This document shows positions 20,739 through 30,102 of a DNA stretch of 64,000 bases, one piece after another; position 1 is the stretch's first letter, and each line of letters starts with the position of its first letter. The DNA comes from an uncultured Trueperaceae bacterium. GTDB lineage: Bacteria; Deinococcota; Deinococci; Deinococcales; Trueperaceae. Where the stretch lies: the NCBI GenBank assembly GCA_963727505.1, contig CAVSGP010000008.1, positions 1 to 64,000 on the forward strand, given 5' to 3'. A model generated the notes under the pieces. That model did not search any database. It was not told the origin of the DNA and saw nothing but the letters and a program-made list of their open reading frames with translations. The translations under genes and the position numbers were made by a program.

Positions 20739-21716
20739 ATGCGACGCTTCGTGACGTCCCTGTTCGTCCTGGCCACCTTGATGATGGGGGTGGCGACCGC
20801 CCAGCAGATCACGCTCAAGGCGGCCGACAACCAGCCCGAGGACTACCCGACCGTCCAAGGGCTCAAGTTCATGGCCAACTATCTCGATGCCGCCACCAAC
20901 GGGCGCATCAAGATGGAGGTCTTCGCCGGCGGTCAGCTCGGCGACGAGCGCTCCACCATCGAGCAGGTCCAGCTCGGCGTCATCGACGTCGTGCGTACCT
21001 CGACCAGCCCGGTCGGCGAGTTCTACGCGCCCATGGGCGTCTACAGCATGCCCTACATCTTCCGCAACGCCGCCCACATGTGGAAGGTCGTGCAGGGCCC
21101 GATCGGGCGCGAGCTGCTCGACGGCCTGAAGCAGGCGAACCTCGTGGGGCTCGCCTACTACGACTCCGGCAGCCGCAACTTCTACACCACCAAGTCCGCC
21201 GGTCCCATCAAGAGCGTGGCCGATCTCAAGGGGATGCGCATCCGCACGCAGCAGAGCGAGGTCGTGCTCGACATGATGAAGGCGCTGGGCGCGGAGCCCG
21301 TTCCGATGGCCTTCGGTGAGGTCTACAGCTCGCTGCAGACCGGTGTCATCGACGGCGCCGAGAACAACTTCCCCTCCTACGGTCCGCAGGGCGTCCGCCA
21401 CTACGAGGTGGCCCCCTACTTCACGCTCGACGGTCACGCCCGCGTGCCCGAGGTCGTGATGATCAGCAAGTCCACCTGGGACAAGCTCAGCCCCGAGGAC
21501 CAGAGCCTGGTTCGCGAGGCCGCGCTGGCCAGCGTGCCCGTGGAGATGGCGCTGTGGGCGCAGCTCTCCAACACCAGCCGCGACGAGGTCGTGAAGGCCG
21601 GCAGCGAGATCATCACGGTCGACACCGCCGAGTTCCAGGCCGCCATGAAGCCGGTCTACGACAAGTACGGCTCGCAGTACGGCGACCTCATCCAGCGCAT
21701 CGTCGACACCAAGTAG
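20739..21716 (+). CDS. dctP: TRAP transporter substrate-binding protein (uronate-type)
   Basis: Signal peptide; GGQLGDE, DSGSRNFY, DLKGMRIR, GEVYSSLQTGVIDGAENN. Confidence 0.93.
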   Translation: MRRFVTSLFVLATLMMGVATAQQITLKAADNQPEDYPTVQGLKFMANYLDAATNGRIKMEVFAGGQLGDERSTIEQVQLGVIDVVRTSTSPVGEFYAPMGVYSMPYIFRNAAHMWKVVQGPIGRELLDGLKQANLVGLAYYDSGSRNFYTTKSAGPIKSVADLKGMRIRTQQSEVVLDMMKALGAEPVPMAFGEVYSSLQTGVIDGAENNFPSYGPQGVRHYEVAPYFTLDGHARVPEVVMISKSTWDKLSPEDQSLVREAALASVPVEMALWAQLSNTSRDEVVKAGSEIITVDTAEFQAAMKPVYDKYGSQYGDLIQRIVDTK

Positions 21717-21732
21717 AGGGGGTCGCGACCTC

Positions 21733-23661
21733 GTGACCCAACAGGCCGGCGCGGAGGGGGGAGCCCCCCCTCCGCGCCACCTCTATCAGCGCATCGAGGA
21801 CGTCGTCGTCGGCATCGTGCGCGCGGTCGTGGTCGGCCTGCTGGTCGGCATCGTGTTCGCCATCTCCTGGCAGGTGCTGACGCGCTACGTTCCGGGGCTG
21901 CCGGTGCCGCGCTGGACCGAGGAGGTCAGCCTCATCCTGATGGTGTGGCTCGCCATGGTCGGCAGCGCGCTGGCCGTGCGCACCGGCGAGCACCTGGCCA
22001 TGGACATCCTCCACCGCCAGGTCGACCCCCGCCTGCGGGACCCGCTGGTCCGGCTGGTGTGGCTGCTGGCCGCCGCTTTCGGCGCCTACCTGGTCTGGTA
22101 CGGCTGGGAGCTGTCGATGCGCACCATGATGCAGACGTTCTCGGCCACCAAGTGGCCGATCGGCTGGATGTACCTCGGCATCCCGGTCGGCGGCGCGCTG
22201 ATGCTGTTCTTTTCGGCGAAGAACATCCTTCTGCCGCCGCGGTCGTCCTACGACGAGGCAGAGGAGCGGACCACCGGCCGGAACCCGCTGGTCCGCCTGG
22301 CATTCATCGCCATCGTGGCGGCGCTGGTGGTGGGCGTGGTCGCCCTCTTCGGGTTCGACAGGCTCTTCGGTCCCATCGGGGCGCTACTGGGAACGTTCGG
22401 CGTGCTGCTGGTGCTGGGCGTGCCGATCGCCTTCGGGCTGGGCATCGCCAGCCTGGTGACGGTGCTGATGCTCGGCATCCCGCCGCTGATCGTCGCGCAG
22501 CGCATGGCCAACGGCGTCAACTCCACCCCGCTCCTCGCGATCCCGTTCTTCATCATGGCCGGCCAGCTCATGGCCGAGGGCGGCATCGCTGCCCGCTTGG
22601 TCGACTTCGCGCGGGTCCTGGTGGGTCCCATCCGCGGCGGCCTGGCGATGGTCAACGTGGTGGCGTCGATGCTGTTCGGCGGCGCCTCCGGCTCGGCCGT
22701 GGGAGACGTGAGCGCCAACGGCTCGATCCTCATCCCGATGATGAAGAAGAAGGGCTACGACACCGACTTCGCGGTCGGGATCACCGTCGCCAGCTCCACC
22801 CAGGGCCTCATCATCCCGCCCAGCCACAACGCCGTGATCTACTCGCTGGCGGCCGGCGGCGTGTCGATCGGCGCTCTCTTCCTGGGCGGCTACATCCCTG
22901 GCATCATGATCGGCCTGGGGTTGATGGTGGCCAGCTATGTGATCGCCCTGCGACGCGGCTACCCCTCCGAGGCGAGGCCGCCGCTGAGGCAGAGCGCGCG
23001 CATCTCGCTCGAGGCCATCCCCGCCCTCGGGGTGGGCTTCATCATCGTCGGCGGCATCGCCTTCGGCTTCTTCACCGCCACCGAGGCCGCCGCCATCGGC
23101 ACCGTCACGGCGTTCCTGGTGGGCGCCTTCGTGTACCGCGAGCTCACCCCCCGCAAGCTGTGGGACGCGCTGCTGCAGTCGGTGCGGACCATCTCGATCG
23201 TCATCTTCCTGATCTCCACCGCCAGCGCCTTCGCCTGGCTCATGGCCTACCTGCGCATCCCCTCGCTGCTGGCGTCCGGGCTGCTGTCGCTGACGCACGA
23301 CCGGATCCTGCTGCTGCTGTTCATCAACATCCTCCTGCTGCTGCTGGGCGCGATCATGGACATGGCGCCGCTCATCCTGATCCTCACGCCGGTGCTGCTG
23401 CCCATCGTCACGGCGCCTCCCATCAACATGAACCCGGTGCACTTCGGGATCGTGTTGCTCATGAACCTCGGCCTGGGGCTCACCACGCCGCCGGTCGGCA
23501 CGGCGCTGTTCGTGGGGTGCGCCATCGGCAACATCCGCATCGAGCGCGCCAGCCGGGCGATGCTCTATCTGTGGCCGGCCATGGTCATCGTGCTGCTGCT
23601 GGTCACCTACGTGCCGTGGTTCGTCAACTTCCTGCCCGACCTCCTGCACGTCCTCCGGTGA
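21733..23661 (+). CDS. dctQM: Fused TRAP small + large permease (DctQ-DctM)
   Basis: N-terminal 4-TM domain (WTEEVS..HLAMD) in frame with DctM (LLAIPFFIMAG, IIPPSH, TPPVG). Confidence 0.92.
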   Translation: MTQQAGAEGGAPPPRHLYQRIEDVVVGIVRAVVVGLLVGIVFAISWQVLTRYVPGLPVPRWTEEVSLILMVWLAMVGSALAVRTGEHLAMDILHRQVDPRLRDPLVRLVWLLAAAFGAYLVWYGWELSMRTMMQTFSATKWPIGWMYLGIPVGGALMLFFSAKNILLPPRSSYDEAEERTTGRNPLVRLAFIAIVAALVVGVVALFGFDRLFGPIGALLGTFGVLLVLGVPIAFGLGIASLVTVLMLGIPPLIVAQRMANGVNSTPLLAIPFFIMAGQLMAEGGIAARLVDFARVLVGPIRGGLAMVNVVASMLFGGASGSAVGDVSANGSILIPMMKKKGYDTDFAVGITVASSTQGLIIPPSHNAVIYSLAAGGVSIGALFLGGYIPGIMIGLGLMVASYVIALRRGYPSEARPPLRQSARISLEAIPALGVGFIIVGGIAFGFFTATEAAAIGTVTAFLVGAFVYRELTPRKLWDALLQSVRTISIVIFLISTASAFAWLMAYLRIPSLLASGLLSLTHDRILLLLFINILLLLLGAIMDMAPLILILTPVLLPIVTAPPINMNPVHFGIVLLMNLGLGLTTPPVGTALFVGCAIGNIRIERASRAMLYLWPAMVIVLLLVTYVPWFVNFLPDLLHVLR

Positions 23662-23964
23662 CGGTGGGATGGGCCCGCTTCGCAACCGGTAGCGAAAGGA
23701 CCATGGACGCTCCAGACGCAGCGGGGTAGACTTGAACCCTGGACACGCGACCAGCGGATAGGGGAACGGGGAGCGCACGTGGCGCTTCCCTCGGAGCCGC
23801 CAAGGGAGGCTCGACGCCCCACCCGTACCGGTCGCCTTCGGCCGCCAGAAGCACGCGGCGCCACCGGAGGAAGCGAGTCGGCACGTAACGCGTTGCCGTC
23901 AGACGAAGCCATGACGGACGGGTGCTACGTTGACGCCGACTTCACAGGAAGGGAAAGGGGAACC

Positions 23965-25263
23965 ATGAAGCGTATCGTCATCCTGTTCTCGCTGCTCGCA
24001 CTGCTCGGCAGCACCGCGCTGGCGCAGACGAAGATCGATTTCTTCGAAGCGTTCAGCACGGAGCGGCTCCAGTGGATCAAGGACCGCGCCGCGGAGTGGA
24101 ACAAGCAGAACCCGAACTACGAGATCGTGGTCACGCCCAAGGCGTCCTACCGCGACGTCCTCAACGCCGCGGTGCTCGGCGCCCGGCAGGGCAACCCGCC
24201 GGCGCTGGTGCAGCTCTTCGAGGTCGGCAGCCAGCAGGCCAAGGACTCCGGCCTGTTCATCCCGGTCGGCGATATCCCCGGCAGCTTCGACACCAGCGAT
24301 TACATCAAGCCGGTGCTCGACTACTACACCATCGACGGTACGGTGAACTCCATCCCGTTCAACTCCTCGAACGCGGTGATGTTCGTCAACAAGGCCATGA
24401 TGCAGAAGGCGGGCCTCGATCCCAACAACCCGCCCAAGACCTACAGCGACGTGATCAACGACTGCGCCGCGCTGCGCGCCGCCGGTGACACGCAGGACAG
24501 CTGCATCACCTTCGCCCTGCACAGCTGGTTCTTCGAGCAGTGGATGGCCGAGCAGAACGCGCCCCTGGTCAACAACGACAACGGCCGCGGCGGCCGCGCG
24601 ACCCAGGTGCTGCTGACGAGCCAGCCGTCGCTGAACATCGTCAGCTGGATCAAGGAACTCAACGACAAGGGCTACTACACCTACACCGGCAAGCTCGAGG
24701 ACTGGAACGGTAGCGAGGCCATCTTCAACCAGGGCCAGGCCATGTTCCACATCGACTCGACCTCCGAGGTGAACGCCATCAGCAAGGCCGGCCAGGACGG
24801 TGGCTGGGGTGCCGCCACGGCCGCGCTGCCCATCGCCGACAACGCGCCCCGTGAGGGCGTCGTCATCGGCGGCGCTTCGCTGTGGATCGCCAAGGGCGTG
24901 CCGCAGGACGTGCAGCAGGCCGCCCGCAACTTCGCGCTGTACATGACCGACACCCAGAACATGATCAGCTGGCACAAGCTCACCGGCTACTTCCCGGTGC
25001 GCATCAGCTCGGTCAACCAGCTCGACAAGGAAGGCTGGTTCCGCGACAACCCCAACTACGCCGTCGCGTTCAAGCAGCTCCTCGACACCAAGGCCTCGCC
25101 CGCCACGGCCGGCGCCCTGATGGGCCCGTTCCCGCAGGTGCGGACCATCATCGAAGAGGGCATCCAGAAGGTCCTCAACGGCGCCTCGGTCGATTCGGCC
25201 ATGGGCCAGGCCGAGAAGCTGGCCAACCAGGCCCTGCAGCAGTACAACAGCAACTTCCAGTAA
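23965..25263 (+). CDS. ABC substrate-binding protein, UgpB-like (glycerol-3-phosphate/carbohydrate)
   Basis: Signal peptide; VQLFEVG, SIPFNSS, IGGASLW and WHKLTGYFPV motifs. Confidence 0.85.
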   Translation: MKRIVILFSLLALLGSTALAQTKIDFFEAFSTERLQWIKDRAAEWNKQNPNYEIVVTPKASYRDVLNAAVLGARQGNPPALVQLFEVGSQQAKDSGLFIPVGDIPGSFDTSDYIKPVLDYYTIDGTVNSIPFNSSNAVMFVNKAMMQKAGLDPNNPPKTYSDVINDCAALRAAGDTQDSCITFALHSWFFEQWMAEQNAPLVNNDNGRGGRATQVLLTSQPSLNIVSWIKELNDKGYYTYTGKLEDWNGSEAIFNQGQAMFHIDSTSEVNAISKAGQDGGWGAATAALPIADNAPREGVVIGGASLWIAKGVPQDVQQAARNFALYMTDTQNMISWHKLTGYFPVRISSVNQLDKEGWFRDNPNYAVAFKQLLDTKASPATAGALMGPFPQVRTIIEEGIQKVLNGASVDSAMGQAEKLANQALQQYNSNFQ

Positions 25264-25273
25264 TCGCATCGAT

Positions 25274-25301
25274 GCCGGCGGCGGGGAGACCCGCCGCCGG
25301 C
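25274..25301 (+). terminator. Hairpin after the binding-protein gene
   Basis: gccggcggcggg-gaga-cccgccgccggc. Confidence 0.65.
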
Positions 25302-25362
25302 CCTCCATGACGTCCACGAGCGGCGCGGGCTCGGCACGCCGGCGGCGCCGCAGGAGCCCAGC

Positions 25363-26301
25363 ATGAACGAGGGAACGCCCGTATTTAAGAGCTGGACGAC
25401 GGCCTGGCTGCTGTTGCTGCCCACGGTCGTCATCCTGGTGATCTTCCTTTACTATCCCGCCCTCCAGTCGTTCGTCCTCAGCATGTACCGCAGCAACCTG
25501 ATCCTGGGGACGCGCCGGTTCATCGGGTTGGAGAACTTCCGGCAGCTCTTCTCAGGCCTGCTGGCGCCGATGTACCGCCAGGTGGTGCTGCAGAGCGTGG
25601 TCTTCAGCGCCTCCGTGGTGATCCTGGGCCTGATCGTCAGCCTGGCCTTCGCGATGCTCGCCAACCAGAAGGTGACGGGCTCGCGCTTCTACCGGCTGCT
25701 GCTCATCTGGCCCTTCGCGCTGTCGCCGGCCATCGCCGGCACCATCTTCTCGTTCCTGTTCAACCCGCAGGTGGGCGAGGTCAACCAGGTCCTCTCCCGC
25801 GTGATCGGTATCGCGCCGCGCTGGCTCGACAACCCGCTGCTGGCGTTCGGCCTGGTGGTCGGCGCAGCGATCTGGAAACAGCTCGGCTACAACGTCGTGT
25901 TCTATCTCGCGGCGCTGCAGAACATCCCCGGGGAGCTGTCGGAGGCGGCCGCCATCGACGGTGCCAACGCCTGGCAGCGCTTCCGGGCGGTGACGCTGCC
26001 GCTGCTCTCGCCGATGACGTTCTTCCTGGTGTTCACCAACCTGGCCTACTCGTTCTTCGAGGTCTTCGGCCTCATCGATATCCTCACGAAGGGCGGCCCC
26101 GTGGGTCCGAGTGCGTTGCACCTGGACAACGCCGGCCTGACAACGACCATGATCTACCGCCTGTACCAGGACGGCTTCGGCGGCACCGGCAGCCTCGGCT
26201 TCGCCGGCGCACAGGGCGTGGTCCTGCTCCTGCTCGTCGCCGTCATCACGGTGTTGCAGTTCCGTTACGGCGGGCGCAACGTTCACTACGGAGGGGGCTG
26301 A
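25363..26301 (+). CDS. Carbohydrate ABC permease, UgpA-like
   Basis: WKQLGYNVVFYLAALQNIP, EAAAIDGA, LPLLSPMTFF. Confidence 0.9.
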   Translation: MNEGTPVFKSWTTAWLLLLPTVVILVIFLYYPALQSFVLSMYRSNLILGTRRFIGLENFRQLFSGLLAPMYRQVVLQSVVFSASVVILGLIVSLAFAMLANQKVTGSRFYRLLLIWPFALSPAIAGTIFSFLFNPQVGEVNQVLSRVIGIAPRWLDNPLLAFGLVVGAAIWKQLGYNVVFYLAALQNIPGELSEAAAIDGANAWQRFRAVTLPLLSPMTFFLVFTNLAYSFFEVFGLIDILTKGGPVGPSALHLDNAGLTTTMIYRLYQDGFGGTGSLGFAGAQGVVLLLLVAVITVLQFRYGGRNVHYGGG

Positions 26302-26302
26302 G

Positions 26303-27229
26303 ATGGCGGCGCGAACGGTGAGCACCGGGACGCCCACCCGCAAGGGTCGACGCCCCCGCACGCGTTGGCTCATCCACATCCTGTTGATCCTGAGCTGCCT
26401 GCTCGTGACGGGCCCGATCCTGTTCGCCTTCATCAAGGCGACGCAGACCACGGCACAGGTGCTTTCGCCGAGTATGGTGCCGGGCCTGGAGCTGTGGCAC
26501 AACGTGAAGACCGCCTGGGTGACCGCCGATCTCGGCATCTACATGCGCAACTCGCTGATCATCGCGTTCGCCGTGACCCTGGGCAAGACGATCCTGTCGC
26601 TGATGGCGGGGATGGCGCTGGTGTACTTCCGGATCCCCTTCAAGCCCATCGTGTTCGGCTTCATCCTGCTGACGCTGATGATGCCCACGCAGGTGCTCAT
26701 CGTGGGGCTGTTCGACCTGGTGTCGAAGCAGGCGCCGCCGACCTGGGTGGCGCTGCTCTCCTGGATCACGCATCCGCTGGCGCCCACGGCCTACGGCTTC
26801 AACTGGTCGAACTCCTACTGGGCCATCATCGTGCCGTTCCTGGCCTCCGCGACCGGCGTGTTCCTATTCCGGCAGCATTTCATGTCGATCCCGGTGAGTC
26901 TGGCCGACGCCGCCAAGATCGACGGCGCCGGCCCGTTGCGCTTCCTGCTGAGCATCCTGGTGCCGATGAGCACCAACACCATCGGCGCGCTGGCCGTGAT
27001 CCAGTTCGTCTACGTCTGGAACCAGTACCTGTGGCCGCTGGTCATCATCCGGCGCGCCGATCGGCAGGTGGTCCAGGTGGGCCTCAACCTGATCATCAGC
27101 ACGGGGCAGGACACGGAGTGGGGACTGGTGATGGCCGGGGCCATCCTCGCGCTGATCCCGCCGCTGATCGTGTTCATGCTGCTTCAGGAGCAGTTCATGC
27201 GCGGCTTCGCGCTCTCCGCCGAGAAGTAA
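26303..27229 (+). CDS. Carbohydrate ABC permease, UgpE-like
   Basis: ASATGVFLFRQHF, DAAKIDGAGP, WNQYLWPL. Confidence 0.9.
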   Translation: MAARTVSTGTPTRKGRRPRTRWLIHILLILSCLLVTGPILFAFIKATQTTAQVLSPSMVPGLELWHNVKTAWVTADLGIYMRNSLIIAFAVTLGKTILSLMAGMALVYFRIPFKPIVFGFILLTLMMPTQVLIVGLFDLVSKQAPPTWVALLSWITHPLAPTAYGFNWSNSYWAIIVPFLASATGVFLFRQHFMSIPVSLADAAKIDGAGPLRFLLSILVPMSTNTIGALAVIQFVYVWNQYLWPLVIIRRADRQVVQVGLNLIISTGQDTEWGLVMAGAILALIPPLIVFMLLQEQFMRGFALSAEK

Positions 27230-27274
27230 GGCGGCGCGGGTCACGCCCGGCGCCGCCCCCGTCCCCTACGCACG

Positions 27275-27308
27275 ACGCCCGCCCCGGAGACGACTCCGGG
27301 GCGGGCGT
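27275..27308. terminator. Hairpin between convergent genes
   Basis: acgcccgccccggag-acga-ctccggggcgggcgt, a 15-bp stem. Confidence 0.7.
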
Positions 27309-27346
27309 GTGTCGGCGGTGCCGCACGGGACTGGCGCGCGCCGGTG

Positions 27347-28375
27347 TCAGCCCGCCTGGCTCGACTGCGCCCAGATGTTGATGCCGGCGTCGGTGGCGTA
27401 GCGGTCGATCTCGGCGAGTTCGTCGTCGGTGAATTGCAGGTGGTCCAGCGCCGCCACGTTCTCCTCGAGCTGGCGGACGCTGCTGGCCCCGATCAGCACC
27501 GAGGTGACGCGCGGGTCGCGCAGCACCCAGGCGAGCGCCATCTGTGCCAGCGTCTGGCCGCGGCGCTCGGCGATGTCGTTGAGCGCGCGCACCTTGTGGA
27601 GGTTCTCCTCGCGTAGGAAGTCCTCCCGGAAGCTCTCGGCGCGCTTCACGCGGGCGTCGTCGGGTACGCCGCCGAGGTACTTGTCGGTGAGCAGACCCTG
27701 CGCCAGGGGCGAGAAGGCGATGCAGCCCACGCCCTCGTCCTCCAGCGTCGGCAGCAGCTCGGGCTCGACCCAGCGGTTGAGCATCGAGTAGGAGGGCTGG
27801 TGGATCAGGCAGGGGACGCCCATCTCGCGCAGCAGGCCGACCGCCTCGCGCGTCTTGGCCGCCGAGTACGACGAGATCCCGACGTAGAGCGCCTTGCCCT
27901 GGTGGACGGCCGAGGCCAGTGTCCCCATGGTCTCTTCCAGCGGGGTGTTGGGGTCGAAGCGGTGGGAGTAGAAGATGTCGACGTAGTCCAGTCCCATCCG
28001 CTCCAGGCTCTGGTCCAGACTGGCGGTCAGGTACTTGCGCGACCCCCACTCACCGTACGGGCCCGGCCACATCAGGTAACCCGCCTTGGTGGAGATGACG
28101 AGCTCGTCGCGGTAGGGCGCGAAGTCCTCGGCCAGGAGGCGCCCGAAGTGCGTCTCCGCGCTCCCCGGAGGTGGGCCGTAGTTGTTCGCGAGGTCGAAGT
28201 GGGTGACGCCCAGATCGAACGCGCGGCGCAGGATCGCGCGCTGCGTCTCGATGGAGCGGTCCTCGCCGAAGTTGTGCCAGAGGCCGAGCGACACCGCCGG
28301 CAGGCGTAGGCCGCTGCTGCCCGTCTGTCGGTACTGCATCCGTTGGTAGCGGTCGGGAGCGGGTTGGTAGGCCAC
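27347..28375 (-). CDS. Aldo/keto reductase, L-glyceraldehyde-3-phosphate reductase (YghZ/Gpr) type
   Basis: GGAGG + GTG start; SLGLWHNFG, THFDLANNYGPPPGSAE, ISTKAGY, IHQPSYSM. Confidence 0.9.
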   Translation of the reverse strand: MAYQPAPDRYQRMQYRQTGSSGLRLPAVSLGLWHNFGEDRSIETQRAILRRAFDLGVTHFDLANNYGPPPGSAETHFGRLLAEDFAPYRDELVISTKAGYLMWPGPYGEWGSRKYLTASLDQSLERMGLDYVDIFYSHRFDPNTPLEETMGTLASAVHQGKALYVGISSYSAAKTREAVGLLREMGVPCLIHQPSYSMLNRWVEPELLPTLEDEGVGCIAFSPLAQGLLTDKYLGGVPDDARVKRAESFREDFLREENLHKVRALNDIAERRGQTLAQMALAWVLRDPRVTSVLIGASSVRQLEENVAALDHLQFTDDELAEIDRYATDAGINIWAQSSQAG

Positions 28376-28586
28376 GGGTACCTCCTGTGCGTGCACGCGT
28401 TGGGTGCCTTCACGGGCGCTGGGTCAGGGTTTCGGCGCTGGCATTGTACGACGGGGAGGGGCGTCGTCCCGTCGGCTGCGGGCCGGCGCGTGTTCCGAGG
28501 GCGGCTTTGGCGGCCCGTGAGCTGTGCTGGCGGTGACGGCGGCCGGCTGGAGGGTGTCCGCGACGCCTGGGGTCCGATGTACAGAC

Positions 28587-28640
28587 TGGCTTTCGGCTTC
28601 GGCTTCGGCTTCCGGCTGCGGCTGCGGCTGCGGCTGCGGG
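28587..28640. repeat. Hexamer microsatellite (ggcttc)n-(ggctgc)n
   Basis: Visible tandem 6-mers in the intergenic region. Confidence 0.8.
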
Positions 28641-28881
28641 TGCGCGGCGGGGTCCGGCGCCAGGCGGCCGAAACGTCGGGGGATCGGCCGTGGCGTCATG
28701 TGGCGGCGCCCGCCTCCCGCCCCTCCGAAAGCGAGGCTTAACGTTGCGACCAGGGGTCCGCGCGACCCCCCCCGTGCCCTATCGCATGGCAGCGGGCGCC
28801 GCCCGGTGGCGACGCCCGCTCGGCGTAGGTTGACGTGCGCGGGTTGACGTGCGCGGTCCCGCCCCGGTCCTCCCCGCGAAC

Positions 28882-30102
28882 CTACGGTCTGGCGGTCCCG
28901 CCCCCGGCCGGCCCGCCGGACGAACCGGACGGCGGCGCTGTCAGCCGCTGGATGGCGCCGGTCGAGCCGGCCCCGGCCGCCCCGGAGCTCCCACCGTTCG
29001 ACGCCGGCTTGGCGATGAAGTCGGCCTGCTTCTTGCCGACCACGTCGCCGAGCGCCGAGCTCGAGACCTGTACGACGTAGGGGGAGTCGGAGATCCGGAT
29101 CGGGTAGAAGCCCTTCTTGTCCTTGGCGCCCACCGTGATGGTGGTCGTGGTGGTGACGGGCTTGGCTGCCGGTTGGGCGGCGCTCGCAGCGGCGCCGGCC
29201 GAGCTGGTGCTGGCCGAGTTCGTGCCGCTCGAGCTGGTCCCGCTCGAGCTGGTCCCGCTCGCATCGGCGCTCTTCGCGGGCTTCACGGTCGTCAGGGTCA
29301 CCACCGCCAGAGGCTTGTCGAACGCGTAGGCGGGCTTGACGGTCTTGCCGAGCGGCTCGTCGAGTTGCAGCCTGGAGAGGCTGCCGGCGAGGGTGCTCAC
29401 GGCGTGCGCGTCGAGCTGCTTGCCGCTGGGAAGGCCCTGCATGGACCAGCCGCTCTTGGCGTGCGTGAACACGAAGTCCCCGTTGGCGTTGCGGACCTCC
29501 ATGCGCGTGAGGTTGGCCGGGTCGAGGCTGAGCACGGTGGTGTCGACGTAGCCGGAGGGATCGCTGCGTGCGTCGCTGGCGTGCAGCGCGTGCGTGACGT
29601 AGACGCCCTTGGCGCTGGCGAGGCGGACGTGGGTGCTGCCGTAACTCGGCTCCGAGCCGATGAGGAGGGTCTCGCTGCCGCCGCTCTTGAGCGTCAGATC
29701 GACCTTCTTCTGGTAGGTGTCCTTGGTCACCTTCAGGCGCTTGTAGGCGTCCGCGGTGGTGGCCACCAGGCCGCTGCGTTGCAGGCCCACGAGCTGCTGC
29801 AGGAAGCTCTTCACGCGGGTTCCCTGCGCCGGGTACCCGCCCTGGTCAGGAAGCACCCAGTTGGTGCCGTCGCGCTTGAGGGTGACGCTCTTGCCGTCCG
29901 AGCCGGTCACCGTGAAGGCGTCGATGTTCGCGACGGTGACGTCCTTGCCCAGCAGCGGTCCGGAGCTGGTCTTGGGCGGCCGTGCCACGGTGAGCAGCAC
30001 CAGCGCGAGTAGCCCGAGCTGCACCAGGGCAAGGACGGCCAGCCCCAGGTTGCCGCGCCGGGTTGCGGCGGGCGCGCGCAGGGTCCTGCTGGCGGCGCTC
30101 AC
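28882..30102 (-). CDS. DUF4340 domain exported/membrane-anchored protein
   Basis: GGAGG + GTG overlapping the upstream stop; single TM helix; repeated W...GYPA / LLIG..YVR pattern; follows GldG. Confidence 0.75.
   Translation of the reverse strand: MSAASRTLRAPAATRRGNLGLAVLALVQLGLLALVLLTVARPPKTSSGPLLGKDVTVANIDAFTVTGSDGKSVTLKRDGTNWVLPDQGGYPAQGTRVKSFLQQLVGLQRSGLVATTADAYKRLKVTKDTYQKKVDLTLKSGGSETLLIGSEPSYGSTHVRLASAKGVYVTHALHASDARSDPSGYVDTTVLSLDPANLTRMEVRNANGDFVFTHAKSGWSMQGLPSGKQLDAHAVSTLAGSLSRLQLDEPLGKTVKPAYAFDKPLAVVTLTTVKPAKSADASGTSSSGTSSSGTNSASTSSAGAAASAAQPAAKPVTTTTTITVGAKDKKGFYPIRISDSPYVVQVSSSALGDVVGKKQADFIAKPASNGGSSGAAGAGSTGAIQRLTAPPSGSSGGPAGGGTARP

Noticed and set aside
21733..23661. DctQ-DctM fusion as a novelty
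   Set aside because: Fused TRAP permeases are well known
23662..23964. Long leader before the UgpB-like gene as a riboswitch
   Set aside because: I recognised no riboswitch consensus; an Rfam covariance search would be needed to decide
28424..28699. 91-aa PQ/EA-repeat ORF
   Set aside because: It is explained by the hexamer microsatellite and overlaps the likely promoter (TACAAT near 28443-28448) of the reductase; a small gene cannot be fully excluded
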